Source: a virus (taxonomy: Duplodnaviria; Caudoviricetes). From it: 44,479 nucleotides of DNA. Both the position numbers and the translations under genes were made by a program. Location of the stretch: positions 1-44,479 of the IMG/VR virus record IMGVR_UViG_3300038829_000187. One strand, 5' to 3'. Positions 1 through 9,941 of this stretch are shown here, one piece after another (the stretch's first letter is position 1; the number at the start of each line of letters is the position of its first letter). The notes under the pieces are model-generated. The model saw nothing but the letters and a program-made list of their open reading frames with translations, was not told the origin of the DNA and searched no databases.

Positions 1-127
1 GTTGAATGACCCTGCCTGACACGAACGACGGTACGCGGGTGCCTTCCGGCATGGCGATGTCGATGCCTCGATGCTGGCCCTTCCAGGCTTTGACGACGGA
101 GGCCGGATAGATGGATGTGTCGATGGC
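1..127. repeat. Terminal direct repeat, copy 1 (circular overlap)
   Basis: Bases 1-127 are identical to 44353-44479, and one ORF reads in frame across the join. Confidence 0.97.
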
Positions 128-2371
128 GGTGTCGAACCCTTGGGTCAGGCGCCCGAAGGACAGAAGGTCGTGACCGATGGAATCAGCGTCCCCTCCGCCT
201 CCGGGTGTTGCAGGGCCGGTGGGGAAAAGACCGGGCAGGGCCATTCCTTCTAAGCCCGAACGCTGATTCGAGGTCATGGATTCGGGGAGGCCGAAAAAGC
301 TGGGAGAAAGGTGGTAGGACGGATTCGTAATCGTGCTGTTGTGATACTCCATTTGCGACATGAATTTCTGAGAGCTTTCGTTGTAGTGCCTTTGGTAGGA
401 CGTGAAGAGGCTGTCCCCGATCTGCTTGAGAGCTTCGCGTTCGTCTTCCGTCCATGCCAAGCCTCCGGAGAGCACACGGGCGAGTTTTCCTTGGATCTTG
501 CTCGCGAGTGGCACGTTGGCGGCGATGTCGGTGTACTCACCGGGCATGACGACGGAGTTTGGTTCAATGAGTTTCTCGTAGGCTTTGGCCATCGCACGAT
601 CGCGGAAGGGATTGCCTTTGTCGGCGAAGGCGGTGGTGAGCGTGTCGTGGACAGTGCGGGCCTGAAGGAAGAGCTTGATTGCGTCGTCTTGATCGATCAA
701 CTTGGTAATTGCTTCGACCTTCTTGTTGGAAAGATCTCGTTCCTTGGTGTCCGCTCGATCGAGGGCGGTATCGGCCTTCTCCGCAAGACGGATGGTGAAT
801 TCTTCCCGCCGAAGTTGCACGTCCTCATTGTGCTGGCGGATTTGCTCCTGCCACTTGTCCTCCTGGGCATTGAATGTTCGCTCATCGCTCGCGATGTCCC
901 GCATTTCCTTCACACCGTCCATAAAGCCCTTGCTGGTGTCGCCTCTAATCTTGCTGACGTTCGTGACGAGGGCTTCGTTGGCCTTCTGCACCCTCTCATC
1001 CCTCTTGTCTGTGATGTCGATGCCCTTCAGAGCAAGCGTATTCATCTCCTGCTTCCAGGTCTTTAGCTTGCTTGCCATGCCGCTGGCGTAGTCTTCCTGG
1101 ATCTTGTTCCACATTCCGGTGAATTTCGCGGCGAGTTCGGTTCGTTGGACACCTGCCTCCATCTGAAGGTCAGTGATGGCTTGCTCCCATTGAACCTCGG
1201 CGTCGCGGATGTCCTGAATGCCTTTGCCAGAGCCGAATCCACCCTTGAAACCGAGTTCGGTGATTTTGCCTTCGATGTCCTTTTGCTGCTTCGAGCGAAG
1301 TTCGCGTTCCCGCTTCTGCACGTCCCATGTGTTGCGGTCTTCGACGGCTTTCTTCTCAGCGAGAAGAGCTTGCTCCTGGGAAGCTTTGACGGTGTCCAGG
1401 ACGGCCTTCATGTCGTTCTTCGTGCCTGTGATCTGCGTTGCGAGTTTATTGAGAATTCCCGCTGAACTGGCGTAGGAGGCGTTCGCTGCATTGACGGATT
1501 GCCCGGCAAGCCCGACTTGCTCTGCGATTCCTTGGTTTCCTTGGGCAAGGAGGCTCTTGAGGGCTGGGCCTAAGCTTTGATACTGCTGCGGGAGGCCCGC
1601 CATGATCGCGTCGAGAGCTGCGTCCATGACGGTCGGCTGTGGAGCGGCTGGTGTAGTCATGGTGCCTGGCTGGCCCCTGGGAGTTCCGGAAGGAGTGGTC
1701 GGCGTTGTGGCGGGCAGCGTGGAAGCTGTGGGGATAGCTCCGGGCTGCATCTTCTGGATGTCGAGCAGGGACTTGAGTTCGGCCGCGGCAGCGGCCCGTT
1801 GCTGACTCTCTGAGGAGTTGCGTTGGTACGTCTTCGACACGTCGTCCTCGCTCGTTAACTGGCCCGTGTTCTGCGGGGAGGCAAGGTACTTCTGAAGTTG
1901 CTTGATCCGATCATCCATGGAGCTGTCGCTGACGCCGGTTGTGTTATTGAAGGTGAGGTCATCGCTCGTGAAACCGAGTTTGGAAAGATATGCGGTCGTT
2001 TCGGGAGAGACCGATCCATTCTCCATGTACTCCTGCTTCGCTTTGTCGAAGACCTGGTCGGGGGAGGAGTATGGGCTTCCTGTGAGGGCGGTCGGGGCCA
2101 TGAAGCCCGTCGATTGTGTGGGCGTACTGGCCTCTTGGTGCTCGGCCATTTGGCGTTGATCTGCAACTTGAGCAACGGGAGTGGCGATGCCGCGAGTGTA
2201 GGTTTCCGCCTTGCCCGTCTGTGGATTGATTGCCGAGTAGGTTTCGGTGCCTTGCTGCACCCTTCTTTGAGGCGAGGAGAGAACCGTCCCGGAGAGACCA
2301 GCTTTCTCCCTCTGCCTTTGCAGGTCGTCGATTTGCAGGTGGATGAGCCGGTGTTCGCGGAAGAGAGACAT
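1..2371 (-). CDS. Internal virion/ejection protein, N-terminal part (about 867 aa in total, continues across the origin to 44120)
   Basis: Missing from the ORF track. The ATG at 2371 overlaps the upstream TAA and reads MSLFREHRLIHLQ..., then P/T/Q/A-rich and coiled-coil segments. It is in frame with 44120..44404 via the terminal repeat. Long + strand shadow ORFs lie in the same register. Confidence 0.85.
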   Translation of the reverse strand, partial: MSLFREHRLIHLQIDDLQRQREKAGLSGTVLSSPQRRVQQGTETYSAINPQTGKAETYTRGIATPVAQVADQRQMAEHQEASTPTQSTGFMAPTALTGSPYSSPDQVFDKAKQEYMENGSVSPETTAYLSKLGFTSDDLTFNNTTGVSDSSMDDRIKQLQKYLASPQNTGQLTSEDDVSKTYQRNSSESQQRAAAAAELKSLLDIQKMQPGAIPTASTLPATTPTTPSGTPRGQPGTMTTPAAPQPTVMDAALDAIMAGLPQQYQSLGPALKSLLAQGNQGIAEQVGLAGQSVNAANASYASSAGILNKLATQITGTKNDMKAVLDTVKASQEQALLAEKKAVEDRNTWDVQKRERELRSKQQKDIEGKITELGFKGGFGSGKGIQDIRDAEVQWEQAITDLQMEAGVQRTELAAKFTGMWNKIQEDYASGMASKLKTWKQEMNTLALKGIDITDKRDERVQKANEALVTNVSKIRGDTSKGFMDGVKEMRDIASDERTFNAQEDKWQEQIRQHNEDVQLRREEFTIRLAEKADTALDRADTKERDLSNKKVEAITKLIDQDDAIKLFLQARTVHDTLTTAFADKGNPFRDRAMAKAYEKLIEPNSVVMPGEYTDIAANVPLASKIQGKLARVLSGGLAWTEDEREALKQIGDSLFTSYQRHYNESSQKFMSQMEYHNSTITNPSYHLSPSFFGLPESMTSNQRSGLEGMALPGLFPTGPATPGGGGDADSIGHDLLSFGRLTQGFDTAIDTSIYPASVVKAWKGQHRGIDIAMPEGTRVPSFVSGRVIQ

Positions 2372-3825
2372 TAGTAGGTGCGTCTAATCAGGATTGGAAC
2401 GAAGGTATTCTCCTGGGCGGAGTTCCCTGCGTCGCTTTGGGTGAATTTCACTGACCACTGAAGCCGGAGGTTGTTCGTGAAGTTGATGCCGGTCGTCTGT
2501 TGGTTTGCAGCCGTAAATGTTCCATTTCTACTGTAAAGGCCGTTCACGCTTATGCCTCCGCTGCTGTCTGCATCCCGTATGGTAATCATGAAATCGTAGG
2601 TCGATGTTCCTGTTAGAGAAACATCATTCGATCCCCAAATGAGCGTTCCTCCAAGGTAGAGCGCACCACTTCCAACTCCTGCGGCCGCATTTTGAGTGAT
2701 CTGCCCAACAAGATGGATTACATCCCCATTTGCGAGCGTACTTCCAGAAAGCATCGTTCCACTTCCAATGTTGATGCGGGTGATATTGCTTGCCCCGAAT
2801 GTTCCGCCCGCCGCAATCCTCGTGTCTCGAAGAACGCCGGAATCTTGGTCGGTTCCCGATCCCCAAACGGTTCCATTTGATCTGAGCACCTTTCCATTCG
2901 CACCTGGGTAGATGGGCTTCAGTGCTCCGGTGCCGGATGCAAAGAGGAGTGCTCCGGAAGCGATTCCCCGCAGTCCTCCGGTGCCAGTTCCGCCGAGCGT
3001 TGTGGAAATGACGCCGTTGTGATTGAGTTGGGGGATGCGGCCCTTAGAAACCGTCCCTGAGCCGTTCTTTACGACCCATCGTGTGCCAATCGTGTTTTGA
3101 GCCCCTGTTGCTCCTGTGCCCGTGGCGTTCTGTAAGTGATCGAGGGTCGTCATCTGCACCTTTCCGGACACTGCGTCAGTAGCATTCGAGATGCTCGTGG
3201 TGCCGAGATTCAGCCATGCTCCTCCGATGCGCCCCTGGAACGCTCCCGTGCCACTGTGGTAGATGATCTGGCCGTCTTGCGGGCTGGGAATCTGCTGATC
3301 GCGGGTGGCATTCGTCAGAAAGAATGGCGTTCGAAAGGTTCCGCTGCCAGAGAAGACAATCGAACCGGAGTTCGTGAAGATGTTCCCTCGATCCTTCTTG
3401 GCGGCGAGGTTGAGAGTCCGCATGTCGATTGCGTAGGTGACGGCTGCTCCTGGGGTGAAGATTTGGCCGTTCCCGCACCCGATGTAGCTGAGATTGTTTG
3501 GGCAAAGGTCTCGAATGACCGTCCCGCCGAGCGTTACAACTTTGCTGGAATCGACGGTGGCACTGCTGAAGTAGATGTGTTCACTCCGCGTTCCCTGCTC
3601 AAGCAAAAGCACTCCGCCTGTCCCTGCGGGCCATGTGAAGTTGACTCCGTTTCGTTTCGGTGGGTTGAGCTTGATACCTGTCGTCTGCGTCGTGTTGATC
3701 CGAACCTTGAGGCGAGTCGGCGGGATGTTCCATGTCTCGTAGGACGTGGCTGCATGGGCTCGGGTGCCAATCATCATGGCAAGGAGCAAGATGAGCAGAA
3801 GGCCGAGGCGGTACAGGCGATTCAT
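2371..3825 (-). CDS. Tail fibre/spike-like protein with predicted signal peptide
   Basis: G/S/T-rich, with GGTG, NATDAVSGKVQ and GKVLRSNGT tail-fibre-like motifs. Lies after the nozzle gene. N-terminus MNRLYRLGLLLILLLAMMIGTRAHA follows a C-rich leader. Confidence 0.65.
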   Translation of the reverse strand: MNRLYRLGLLLILLLAMMIGTRAHAATSYETWNIPPTRLKVRINTTQTTGIKLNPPKRNGVNFTWPAGTGGVLLLEQGTRSEHIYFSSATVDSSKVVTLGGTVIRDLCPNNLSYIGCGNGQIFTPGAAVTYAIDMRTLNLAAKKDRGNIFTNSGSIVFSGSGTFRTPFFLTNATRDQQIPSPQDGQIIYHSGTGAFQGRIGGAWLNLGTTSISNATDAVSGKVQMTTLDHLQNATGTGATGAQNTIGTRWVVKNGSGTVSKGRIPQLNHNGVISTTLGGTGTGGLRGIASGALLFASGTGALKPIYPGANGKVLRSNGTVWGSGTDQDSGVLRDTRIAAGGTFGASNITRINIGSGTMLSGSTLANGDVIHLVGQITQNAAAGVGSGALYLGGTLIWGSNDVSLTGTSTYDFMITIRDADSSGGISVNGLYSRNGTFTAANQQTTGINFTNNLRLQWSVKFTQSDAGNSAQENTFVPILIRRTY

Positions 3826-3847
3826 AGAGGGGTTGGGAATGGGAGAA

Positions 3848-5593
3848 CTATACATGGGTCAAAGGAACTTTAGAACGCGGGGTGACTCCGAAGGCGAAGC
3901 CATCGACTTGAACGAAGTCGCCGCCGTCTTCACTGCCGCCAGAACATTTGAGTTGAATGTCCTGGCCGTGGGAGAAGGCTCCGATGGGGAACTGGAATTC
4001 CTGGGCATCGAGTGAGGCCCCATAGGAAAGTCCTGCTGTTCCAACACCTGCGTACCCGACGGGACGGGATTCGGACGCGGTTTTCATGTAGGCATCAGTC
4101 AATTCCTTGCTGTACTTCTCTTCGCCATTGATGAAGATTGTGAACGTCTTCTTCGATCCTTCGGTCATGCGGCCGTGGGCGTAGAGGTAGCGGAAGGCAC
4201 TGCGGGTGAATTCACCACCGAATCGGCCCGTCTTCCATTCGCCATCGACGGGAACGGTGTCATCGAAGCGTCCGACCTCATCGAGGTAGATTTTCTGGCC
4301 GTCGCTGCTGTAGCCGTAGCTATTACCGTTCAAAGCAGCCATGAAGTCAAAGTCCTTGTTCGTGTCGGGCGGATAGTAGATGCCAAGCTGTGCGTCGTAC
4401 ACGAGGATCTCGCGGACGCCGTCCACGGTGACGCCGACCTTCAAGAGTTGATCTTCTGGATTGTAGAACGTCCATCGCTTGGCCAGAGCCGTAGTATCCT
4501 TGTCGATCGTGCGAAGGTAGGAACGGACGCGGCGGTCGAACTGGGCATCGAGCGAGAGCTTCTGTCCGTTGTTCTCGGTGATGACTGTAATCGGGAGCAG
4601 TCGTCCCCCGGTCGTAAGGAAAGCCGCAACCCCCTCCATGTCGCACACGCACCAAGGATTGGAGATGCCGTAATGGGACGCAAATGGGAGTGGAGGACGG
4701 GCACCCGAGCTGACGCCTGTCCGGGACACTGCCCAAATGCCGTCCTCCTTGAAGAGATAGAAGTAGTCGTTGGTCGGGAGCATGCCGGTGATGCTCGATC
4801 CGCGTCCGACAAGCTCGTTATTGGTCGCAACGGAGAAATCGTAGTAGCGTTCGGGGTTCGCTGCCGTCGCTGTGCGGGAGTATTCCCACGCGCGGGGGGC
4901 TCCGGAGTACCCACCGATATTGAGGCTCGCATACCATTCGGCGATGACCGTGGGAGCGGTGACGTAGGTCGGAGTAAGTGTTGTGGCGTAGGTGACAACT
5001 TCATCGGCAACGTGGTCGTCGGTGATGCCCGTGCATCCGGTGAGCGTTGTGGCCGTCTTGCCTGTCCAGGAAAATGTGTCGTTGCCGATTCTTCCAGAGG
5101 CGGCTGCGGGGAAGCGGCTCGTGTGGCCGGCCTTGAGGGTGACGGTGCCTCCTCCGGAAGATACGGCAGCATTGAGTTCCCCCACGACGATCCTGCCCAT
5201 CACGTCCTGGCCATTTCCATAGAAGATGTCCATTTCCACTTCGCAGAAGAACACATTGTATCCGGTCGCCAAATTGACGCCCGTGTCAATGACCGTGTCA
5301 TCGACGGGATTGGCAAAGAGAAGATTGACATTCGTATCATCGTCCCCCGCAATCCAAAGCCGTTTGAGATACTCGGCCCCGAAGAAGCCGCGGGCTGCTG
5401 TGAGGTTGTAGCTTGAAAGATCAATCTCCGTGTCCTCGTAGCCAGGTCGATCGTGGCGCCCGCCGTCCAGAGTGGAACGGATATTGTTTCCGCTAAAAAC
5501 CTCGTCTAAGCCCCGTTTCTTTTCGCCGGAGGGAATGTAGCTCCCGGCGAGGGAAAGCGTGCCTACGGGCTTTGCGTTGCTTCCAGAGGGCAT
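3848..5593 (-). CDS. Tail nozzle/tubular protein B (P22 gp10 / T7 gp12-like), 581 aa
   Basis: Beta-propeller-like sequence (YFYLFKEDGIW, HYGISNPW, ILVYD, WKTG). Start moved to the ATG at 5593, which overlaps the upstream stop. Confidence 0.75.
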   Translation of the reverse strand: MPSGSNAKPVGTLSLAGSYIPSGEKKRGLDEVFSGNNIRSTLDGGRHDRPGYEDTEIDLSSYNLTAARGFFGAEYLKRLWIAGDDDTNVNLLFANPVDDTVIDTGVNLATGYNVFFCEVEMDIFYGNGQDVMGRIVVGELNAAVSSGGGTVTLKAGHTSRFPAAASGRIGNDTFSWTGKTATTLTGCTGITDDHVADEVVTYATTLTPTYVTAPTVIAEWYASLNIGGYSGAPRAWEYSRTATAANPERYYDFSVATNNELVGRGSSITGMLPTNDYFYLFKEDGIWAVSRTGVSSGARPPLPFASHYGISNPWCVCDMEGVAAFLTTGGRLLPITVITENNGQKLSLDAQFDRRVRSYLRTIDKDTTALAKRWTFYNPEDQLLKVGVTVDGVREILVYDAQLGIYYPPDTNKDFDFMAALNGNSYGYSSDGQKIYLDEVGRFDDTVPVDGEWKTGRFGGEFTRSAFRYLYAHGRMTEGSKKTFTIFINGEEKYSKELTDAYMKTASESRPVGYAGVGTAGLSYGASLDAQEFQFPIGAFSHGQDIQLKCSGGSEDGGDFVQVDGFAFGVTPRSKVPLTHV

Positions 5594-6468
5594 TAGCTGG
5601 TGGGGGATCGGATCGGGCCGCGGACGGTGCGAATGCGGCGGTTGCTGGAATGCGTCGAGAAGTTCAGGAACGCAAGAAGGGCGTTGCGGGCGTTCTGATA
5701 GGCATCGTTCACGTCCGCCTCGGGATTCCCATTGAGACGGAAGGCACGGGCCTTCAGGGCTTCGATGTAGAAATCGTCCATGCGGTCGGGGGTCGAGAGG
5801 CTGCTGGCAATCTCCGTGAGGTCGGTCACTTTCTTCTGGTAGAGAAGTTGAGCGGTTGAGTCGCCGTGATTCTTCATGAACCACAAGAATTGATTGATGA
5901 TGGCAAACTGCCGGGCAGACGGATTGAAATCGACTTCCGTGTAATCGAGTCCTGCGACCTTGATCTTAATAACCTCGTCGAAGTTGGATGGAAGGGCGTA
6001 GAGCTTGACCGCGGCGTCTCCGCTGGCATTGCCGAGCCCTACATCTGTGAGGGTCGAGAGGGTGACGCCGCTGCGAGTCGCGAACGTGATGTAGTCCCAC
6101 GTTCCGTCGTCGTCATAGGTGACGAAGGCGCCGCTCGACGTGTCCCATCCGGTGCCTGTGGCGAGGGCGATGCTGCTTGTCTCTCCCGCAGCAAGAGCCG
6201 CGGCGAGCGAGTCGTCGTCCAGGATCGAGTATTCCTTTTCCTCCTCCAAGAAGTCCCAATGCCGCTCGGTGGGGGGGATGTAGAGGGGGCCGATGTGGAT
6301 GCCAGCGAAGGGAAGCTGAGCGACACGCCTCTGAAGGCGGTTGATACTGCGGCGAAGCGAGTCCTCCTGAAGGGCTGCAATCGACGTATCTACGTCATCG
6401 CCAATTTCTTCCAGGAGAGCGGTCTGGATGTCTTCGCCGGTGGAGTAGGAGTAGGCACGGCGGGACAC
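5593..6468 (-). CDS. Head-tail adaptor/tail tubular protein A
   Basis: Helical N-terminus (SLRRSINRLQRRV), HWDFL and YALPSNF motifs, position directly before the nozzle gene. Confidence 0.7.
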   Translation of the reverse strand: MSRRAYSYSTGEDIQTALLEEIGDDVDTSIAALQEDSLRRSINRLQRRVAQLPFAGIHIGPLYIPPTERHWDFLEEEKEYSILDDDSLAAALAAGETSSIALATGTGWDTSSGAFVTYDDDGTWDYITFATRSGVTLSTLTDVGLGNASGDAAVKLYALPSNFDEVIKIKVAGLDYTEVDFNPSARQFAIINQFLWFMKNHGDSTAQLLYQKKVTDLTEIASSLSTPDRMDDFYIEALKARAFRLNGNPEADVNDAYQNARNALLAFLNFSTHSSNRRIRTVRGPIRSPTS

Positions 6469-6469
6469 A

Positions 6470-8014
6470 TTAGCGGGCGAAAGCGGGCGGGAAGAGGAAG
6501 CTGATGATGATCTGAATCACGTCGTTGGATGCTGCGGGAAGGGTGTAGGTGACTTCAAGGGTTGGGTCGGTGCCATTCGTATCATCAGCCGAGCGAAAGC
6601 CAGCCTGGTTCGTCTGGTTGCATGCAATGGCGTCGTTTGTCTGGTCGTGCCCTTCACGCATCGCCCACTTCGTAATGCCCGTCTTGCTGATATTCGTAAG
6701 TCCCGTGGCGTTTACTGTCCAAGTCTGTGTCCCATCACTACCAAGGTTCGTGATGTCGATGTGCGTATCGGACATTTCTGTTGCTCCTGTCTGATCATAG
6801 TCGGTGGCAGCGATAGACGTGTTACTCGCTGGATTGGAATTGCCCACAAGAGAGATGTAATCGACTCCGTCATTGTCACCATTAACCCGCTGGGCCGCGA
6901 TGTTGTAGGCCGTGAAGATGGCAGAGCTTATCGTGGCAGTTGCTCCAAGGGACGACGTGTCAAAGAGAAGAAAAGCACGTCGGATATAATAGTTTGGCCC
7001 CGCGTCACACTGAGTAGCAGGGCGTAGAGTAATGGCAGAGTCCGATATGTCGGAGGTCGGAACACCGTCGGTGTCACTGTAGGCTCCAGCCCAATCAGCA
7101 AAAGCTCCTGCTGCGATGTCTGCGTCCATCGTGAGGCTCTCGGGATTGGCATCAGGACTGACGGAGAGCGTTGCGTCTGTGAAGACTGGGAACACGGCCC
7201 CCGTGAAGAAGGAGCTGGGGATGTGCTTGGTGAGGATGTAGTCGGCCCCGGCAACCTCAAGAGATGAGTCGATTGCTTGGCTCTTTTGCTCCACGGCGTT
7301 GCTGTCCCATATCTTATAGGGCTTCATGCCGATGCCTCGGCGTTCCTCGGTATTCTTCTTCTTGAAAGCAAAAGATTTGGCTTTCAGCTTTGCCTTATTC
7401 CATTTCGCCTTGTTCGGGAGAAGAATATCTGGCTCCTCGGTGAAGCGGAGAGAAAAGCGGGCGTCCACCTTGACTGGGGACGAGTTGAAGCGAACGAGTT
7501 TCTGGAGAGTTGGGGCGGCGCCCGGTCGGACGTAGTAGATCAAATCCGCATTCCACTGGGGGAAGGCATTGGCATAGAGGACGGCATTCTCGTAACCGTC
7601 TCCCATGTCGTAAGGGACGCCTAGAACCGGAGCAGCATCCAGAGAGCGAAGCCACACGCCAATAGGAGCGGCGGTGATTTCTCGCTTCGCCAGAACATCC
7701 CAGCGATTATTAGACTCGAAATAAGCGTCGCCATCGGCCAGTTGCGGGGCCTTGAAAACAAACGGTGCATCTGTGACCTCATATCCATCAAGTGTGGAGT
7801 CTACCCGTGTGTCGATCTTTCGCCAGTCCTTTTGGGCATTAAGGAAATTGACCCATTGCGTGTGGTTCTTTGTCGTAAACGAGCCATTAGAATTCTGCCG
7901 GGTCTCCGTGTTCCAGCCGTCTGGCTCAAACTGTGGCTGGACGAGCGTTTGAGCTGATGCCCCACCAACGGCGAGAACCAAGAGAAAGGCCAGTGATCGG
8001 TTGAGGAGCTTCAT
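6470..8014 (-). CDS. Signal-peptide virion/adhesin protein with C-terminal DNRLRE-like beta-sandwich domain
   Basis: Signal MKLLNRSLAFLLVLAVGGASA; RRAFLLFDTSSL...ISSA and DPTLEVTY motifs. Confidence 0.6.
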   Translation of the reverse strand: MKLLNRSLAFLLVLAVGGASAQTLVQPQFEPDGWNTETRQNSNGSFTTKNHTQWVNFLNAQKDWRKIDTRVDSTLDGYEVTDAPFVFKAPQLADGDAYFESNNRWDVLAKREITAAPIGVWLRSLDAAPVLGVPYDMGDGYENAVLYANAFPQWNADLIYYVRPGAAPTLQKLVRFNSSPVKVDARFSLRFTEEPDILLPNKAKWNKAKLKAKSFAFKKKNTEERRGIGMKPYKIWDSNAVEQKSQAIDSSLEVAGADYILTKHIPSSFFTGAVFPVFTDATLSVSPDANPESLTMDADIAAGAFADWAGAYSDTDGVPTSDISDSAITLRPATQCDAGPNYYIRRAFLLFDTSSLGATATISSAIFTAYNIAAQRVNGDNDGVDYISLVGNSNPASNTSIAATDYDQTGATEMSDTHIDITNLGSDGTQTWTVNATGLTNISKTGITKWAMREGHDQTNDAIACNQTNQAGFRSADDTNGTDPTLEVTYTLPAASNDVIQIIISFLFPPAFAR

Positions 8015-8017
8015 TCA

Positions 8018-9202
8018 TTAGGGTTTACGGAACTCTAGTTCTACGGTGGTTCCTTGGGCGGGAGTCGTATGAAGCCCGGTGATGTTAAAGAGGAGCAAGT
8101 CTCCACCTCCCACGTCTCTCGTGGCAGCGTTGATGACCCAGGGGGCGGCTGCGGTGGTCGTAGAAGCCTCGGCAGAGTCGATGGTGGGAGCAGTCGTGAA
8201 GAAGCTGCGATTGGCCTTCGCGGTATTGGTCATGTTCATTGTTTGGGTACCCGTGGTTCCTGTTTTGTTCACGTCCGCTCGGAAGTAGACCAGGTTGTAC
8301 CCTGACATATTCCGGGGGACGAGGAAGCTGACTTTGCCAACGGCGAGACCTACGGCCGTTCCTGAACCAACTGCTTGGAAGCTGACGGTTCGGGGTGAGA
8401 CCTGGTCGTACTTGACGAGCGTTCCGGAGAGTGTTGTACCTTGAATGATGTTACCAGAGGTCGTCCCTGTAAGTTTTGTAGTTACACCCGCAGGAAGCGT
8501 ATGGCCTCCGATATTTAATGTCTGGCCCGACATTGTGGTAAATCGAAGGGATGACCCAGTTAACGAAGGATTGACGCTGAATGCGGTGGAGGTGATGGTT
8601 AGCCCCTGTCCCGCGGTATAGGCTGTGCCCGCCGTCGTGTCACATGAGAACCGCTTTGCCGTTGCATCCCACAGAAGAGCACTTGTCGCTCCATCACAAT
8701 CCGAAAGACCTGCTCCGTCAAAGTCATCCCCGACATAGAGCGAAGCGCCAGAGCCGGCCCCCTCCCAAGTAAGTGCCCCTGAAGACGCCAGCGTTTGGCT
8801 CGCACGAATGATGGCACCCGACAACGTATTCTCAACTTCCAGACCCAGAGTCGAGTAGACGCCGTTGGTCACACGGATTGTGAGGGAGCCGGTCATCGTG
8901 TCGCCAGACGTGTTGACGTAACGAGCGTCCGTTCCTGCAAGAGTGAGGGTTGCCCCTGAGCTAAGGGTGACGCCTTGAGCTGTGATCGAGCCGGAGAGGT
9001 GCAGTTGGCCAGTCTCGGTGAAACAAAAGCGTTGTCCTCCACTTCCTGTTCCGCCGCAACGAATGTTTCGATTGACGGATTCTCCGGTAGGAGTTTCCTT
9101 CTTGTCGTAGGCATTGATGGACACGGCAGCGATTGTCAGAAGAATGACCGCCGCGGTGACTGCCCGCCGTAGGATGGCCGGAGGCGAAGAAACGGAACCC
9201 AT
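8018..9202 (-). CDS. Tail fibre-like protein with SG/TLSG repeats and N-terminal hydrophobic segment
   Basis: DARYVNTSGDTMTG, YTAGQGLT and many SG repeats; C-terminal PTIDSAE...GDLL domain. Confidence 0.65.
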   Translation of the reverse strand: MGSVSSPPAILRRAVTAAVILLTIAAVSINAYDKKETPTGESVNRNIRCGGTGSGGQRFCFTETGQLHLSGSITAQGVTLSSGATLTLAGTDARYVNTSGDTMTGSLTIRVTNGVYSTLGLEVENTLSGAIIRASQTLASSGALTWEGAGSGASLYVGDDFDGAGLSDCDGATSALLWDATAKRFSCDTTAGTAYTAGQGLTITSTAFSVNPSLTGSSLRFTTMSGQTLNIGGHTLPAGVTTKLTGTTSGNIIQGTTLSGTLVKYDQVSPRTVSFQAVGSGTAVGLAVGKVSFLVPRNMSGYNLVYFRADVNKTGTTGTQTMNMTNTAKANRSFFTTAPTIDSAEASTTTAAAPWVINAATRDVGGGDLLLFNITGLHTTPAQGTTVELEFRKP

Positions 9203-9204
9203 GG

Positions 9205-9507
9205 TTAATCGCGGAAGTAGATGTAGTCAATCCCGTCGCCAGCCGTGAGGATGTCGAGATAGACTTTGTTGAGATTGTTGAGCGGATAGTCGTAATGCTC
9301 GCCGTTGGCGAGGAGCTTTCCTTGGCCCGTCGATGCGTCGGCGCTGGAATCACCTATGGAGACGTTGCTGGCATTGCCTGCTTTCGCATGAATGTGGATC
9401 ATGCGGCAGGGGGTGTCCGCGGTGACAACCTGGACAGCATCCCCCACGGTTCCCGTCTTGACGCCGCTCACTGCCGTTGCGAAGGTGTGCCGAGAGTCGT
9501 GAAGCAT
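9205..9507 (-). CDS. Small beta-rich virion protein
   Basis: AKAGNASNVSIG...GKLLANGE pattern; in the structural operon with a C-rich leader. Confidence 0.6.
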   Translation of the reverse strand: MLHDSRHTFATAVSGVKTGTVGDAVQVVTADTPCRMIHIHAKAGNASNVSIGDSSADASTGQGKLLANGEHYDYPLNNLNKVYLDILTAGDGIDYIYFRD

Positions 9508-9519
9508 GGGCTAGAGGGG

Positions 9520-9921
9520 TTACTTCTTGCCCTTCTTGTCGGGCTTGGAGAGTGTGGCGTTGACAACCTCTTCTTTCACTTCCTCCTTCTTTGGGGTGGC
9601 CTCGTCTTTGCCCTTCTTGTCGGGCTTGGCGGAGCCCTGTGGCGGGAACAGGATGCCGTCATGTTCTTCCCATCCTGCGGCTCGCTTCTCTTCGTCGCGT
9701 GCTCGCTCCCACGTCGGCTCATCTTTGACGCCATTGAGAACGACGCCGAAGGAGAGGTAGTGCTTGATGAAGCTCTTGTAGCTCTCCTGAGCAGCTTCTT
9801 CAGGATTGACGGCCATGCCCGCTAGGCGAGCTTCGATGAACGCCTTGTGATGGGCGATGAAGGGCAGAAGACGCCGCTGTTCGAAGAGCCTGTCGCGATT
9901 GATGCCGAGTCCGGTTGCCAT
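9520..9921 (-). CDS. Hypothetical protein with K/E-rich tail
   Basis: Fills the operon; repeated KPDKKGK; C-rich leader. Confidence 0.6.
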   Translation of the reverse strand: MATGLGINRDRLFEQRRLLPFIAHHKAFIEARLAGMAVNPEEAAQESYKSFIKHYLSFGVVLNGVKDEPTWERARDEEKRAAGWEEHDGILFPPQGSAKPDKKGKDEATPKKEEVKEEVVNATLSKPDKKGKK

Positions 9922-9941
9922 AAAGCGAGGGGGAAAGTGGA

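Noticed and set aside
1-127. Biological direct terminal repeat
   Set aside because: It is exactly 127 nt and falls inside a gene, so it is best explained as assembler overlap of a circular or permuted genome.
5594-5884. 97-aa N-terminal extension of the nozzle ORF
   Set aside because: It overlaps the adaptor gene out of frame; the TAATG-coupled start at 5593 is more plausible.
2371-9202. Diversity-generating retroelement acting on tail fibres
   Set aside because: No reverse transcriptase and no TR/VR repeat pair was seen.
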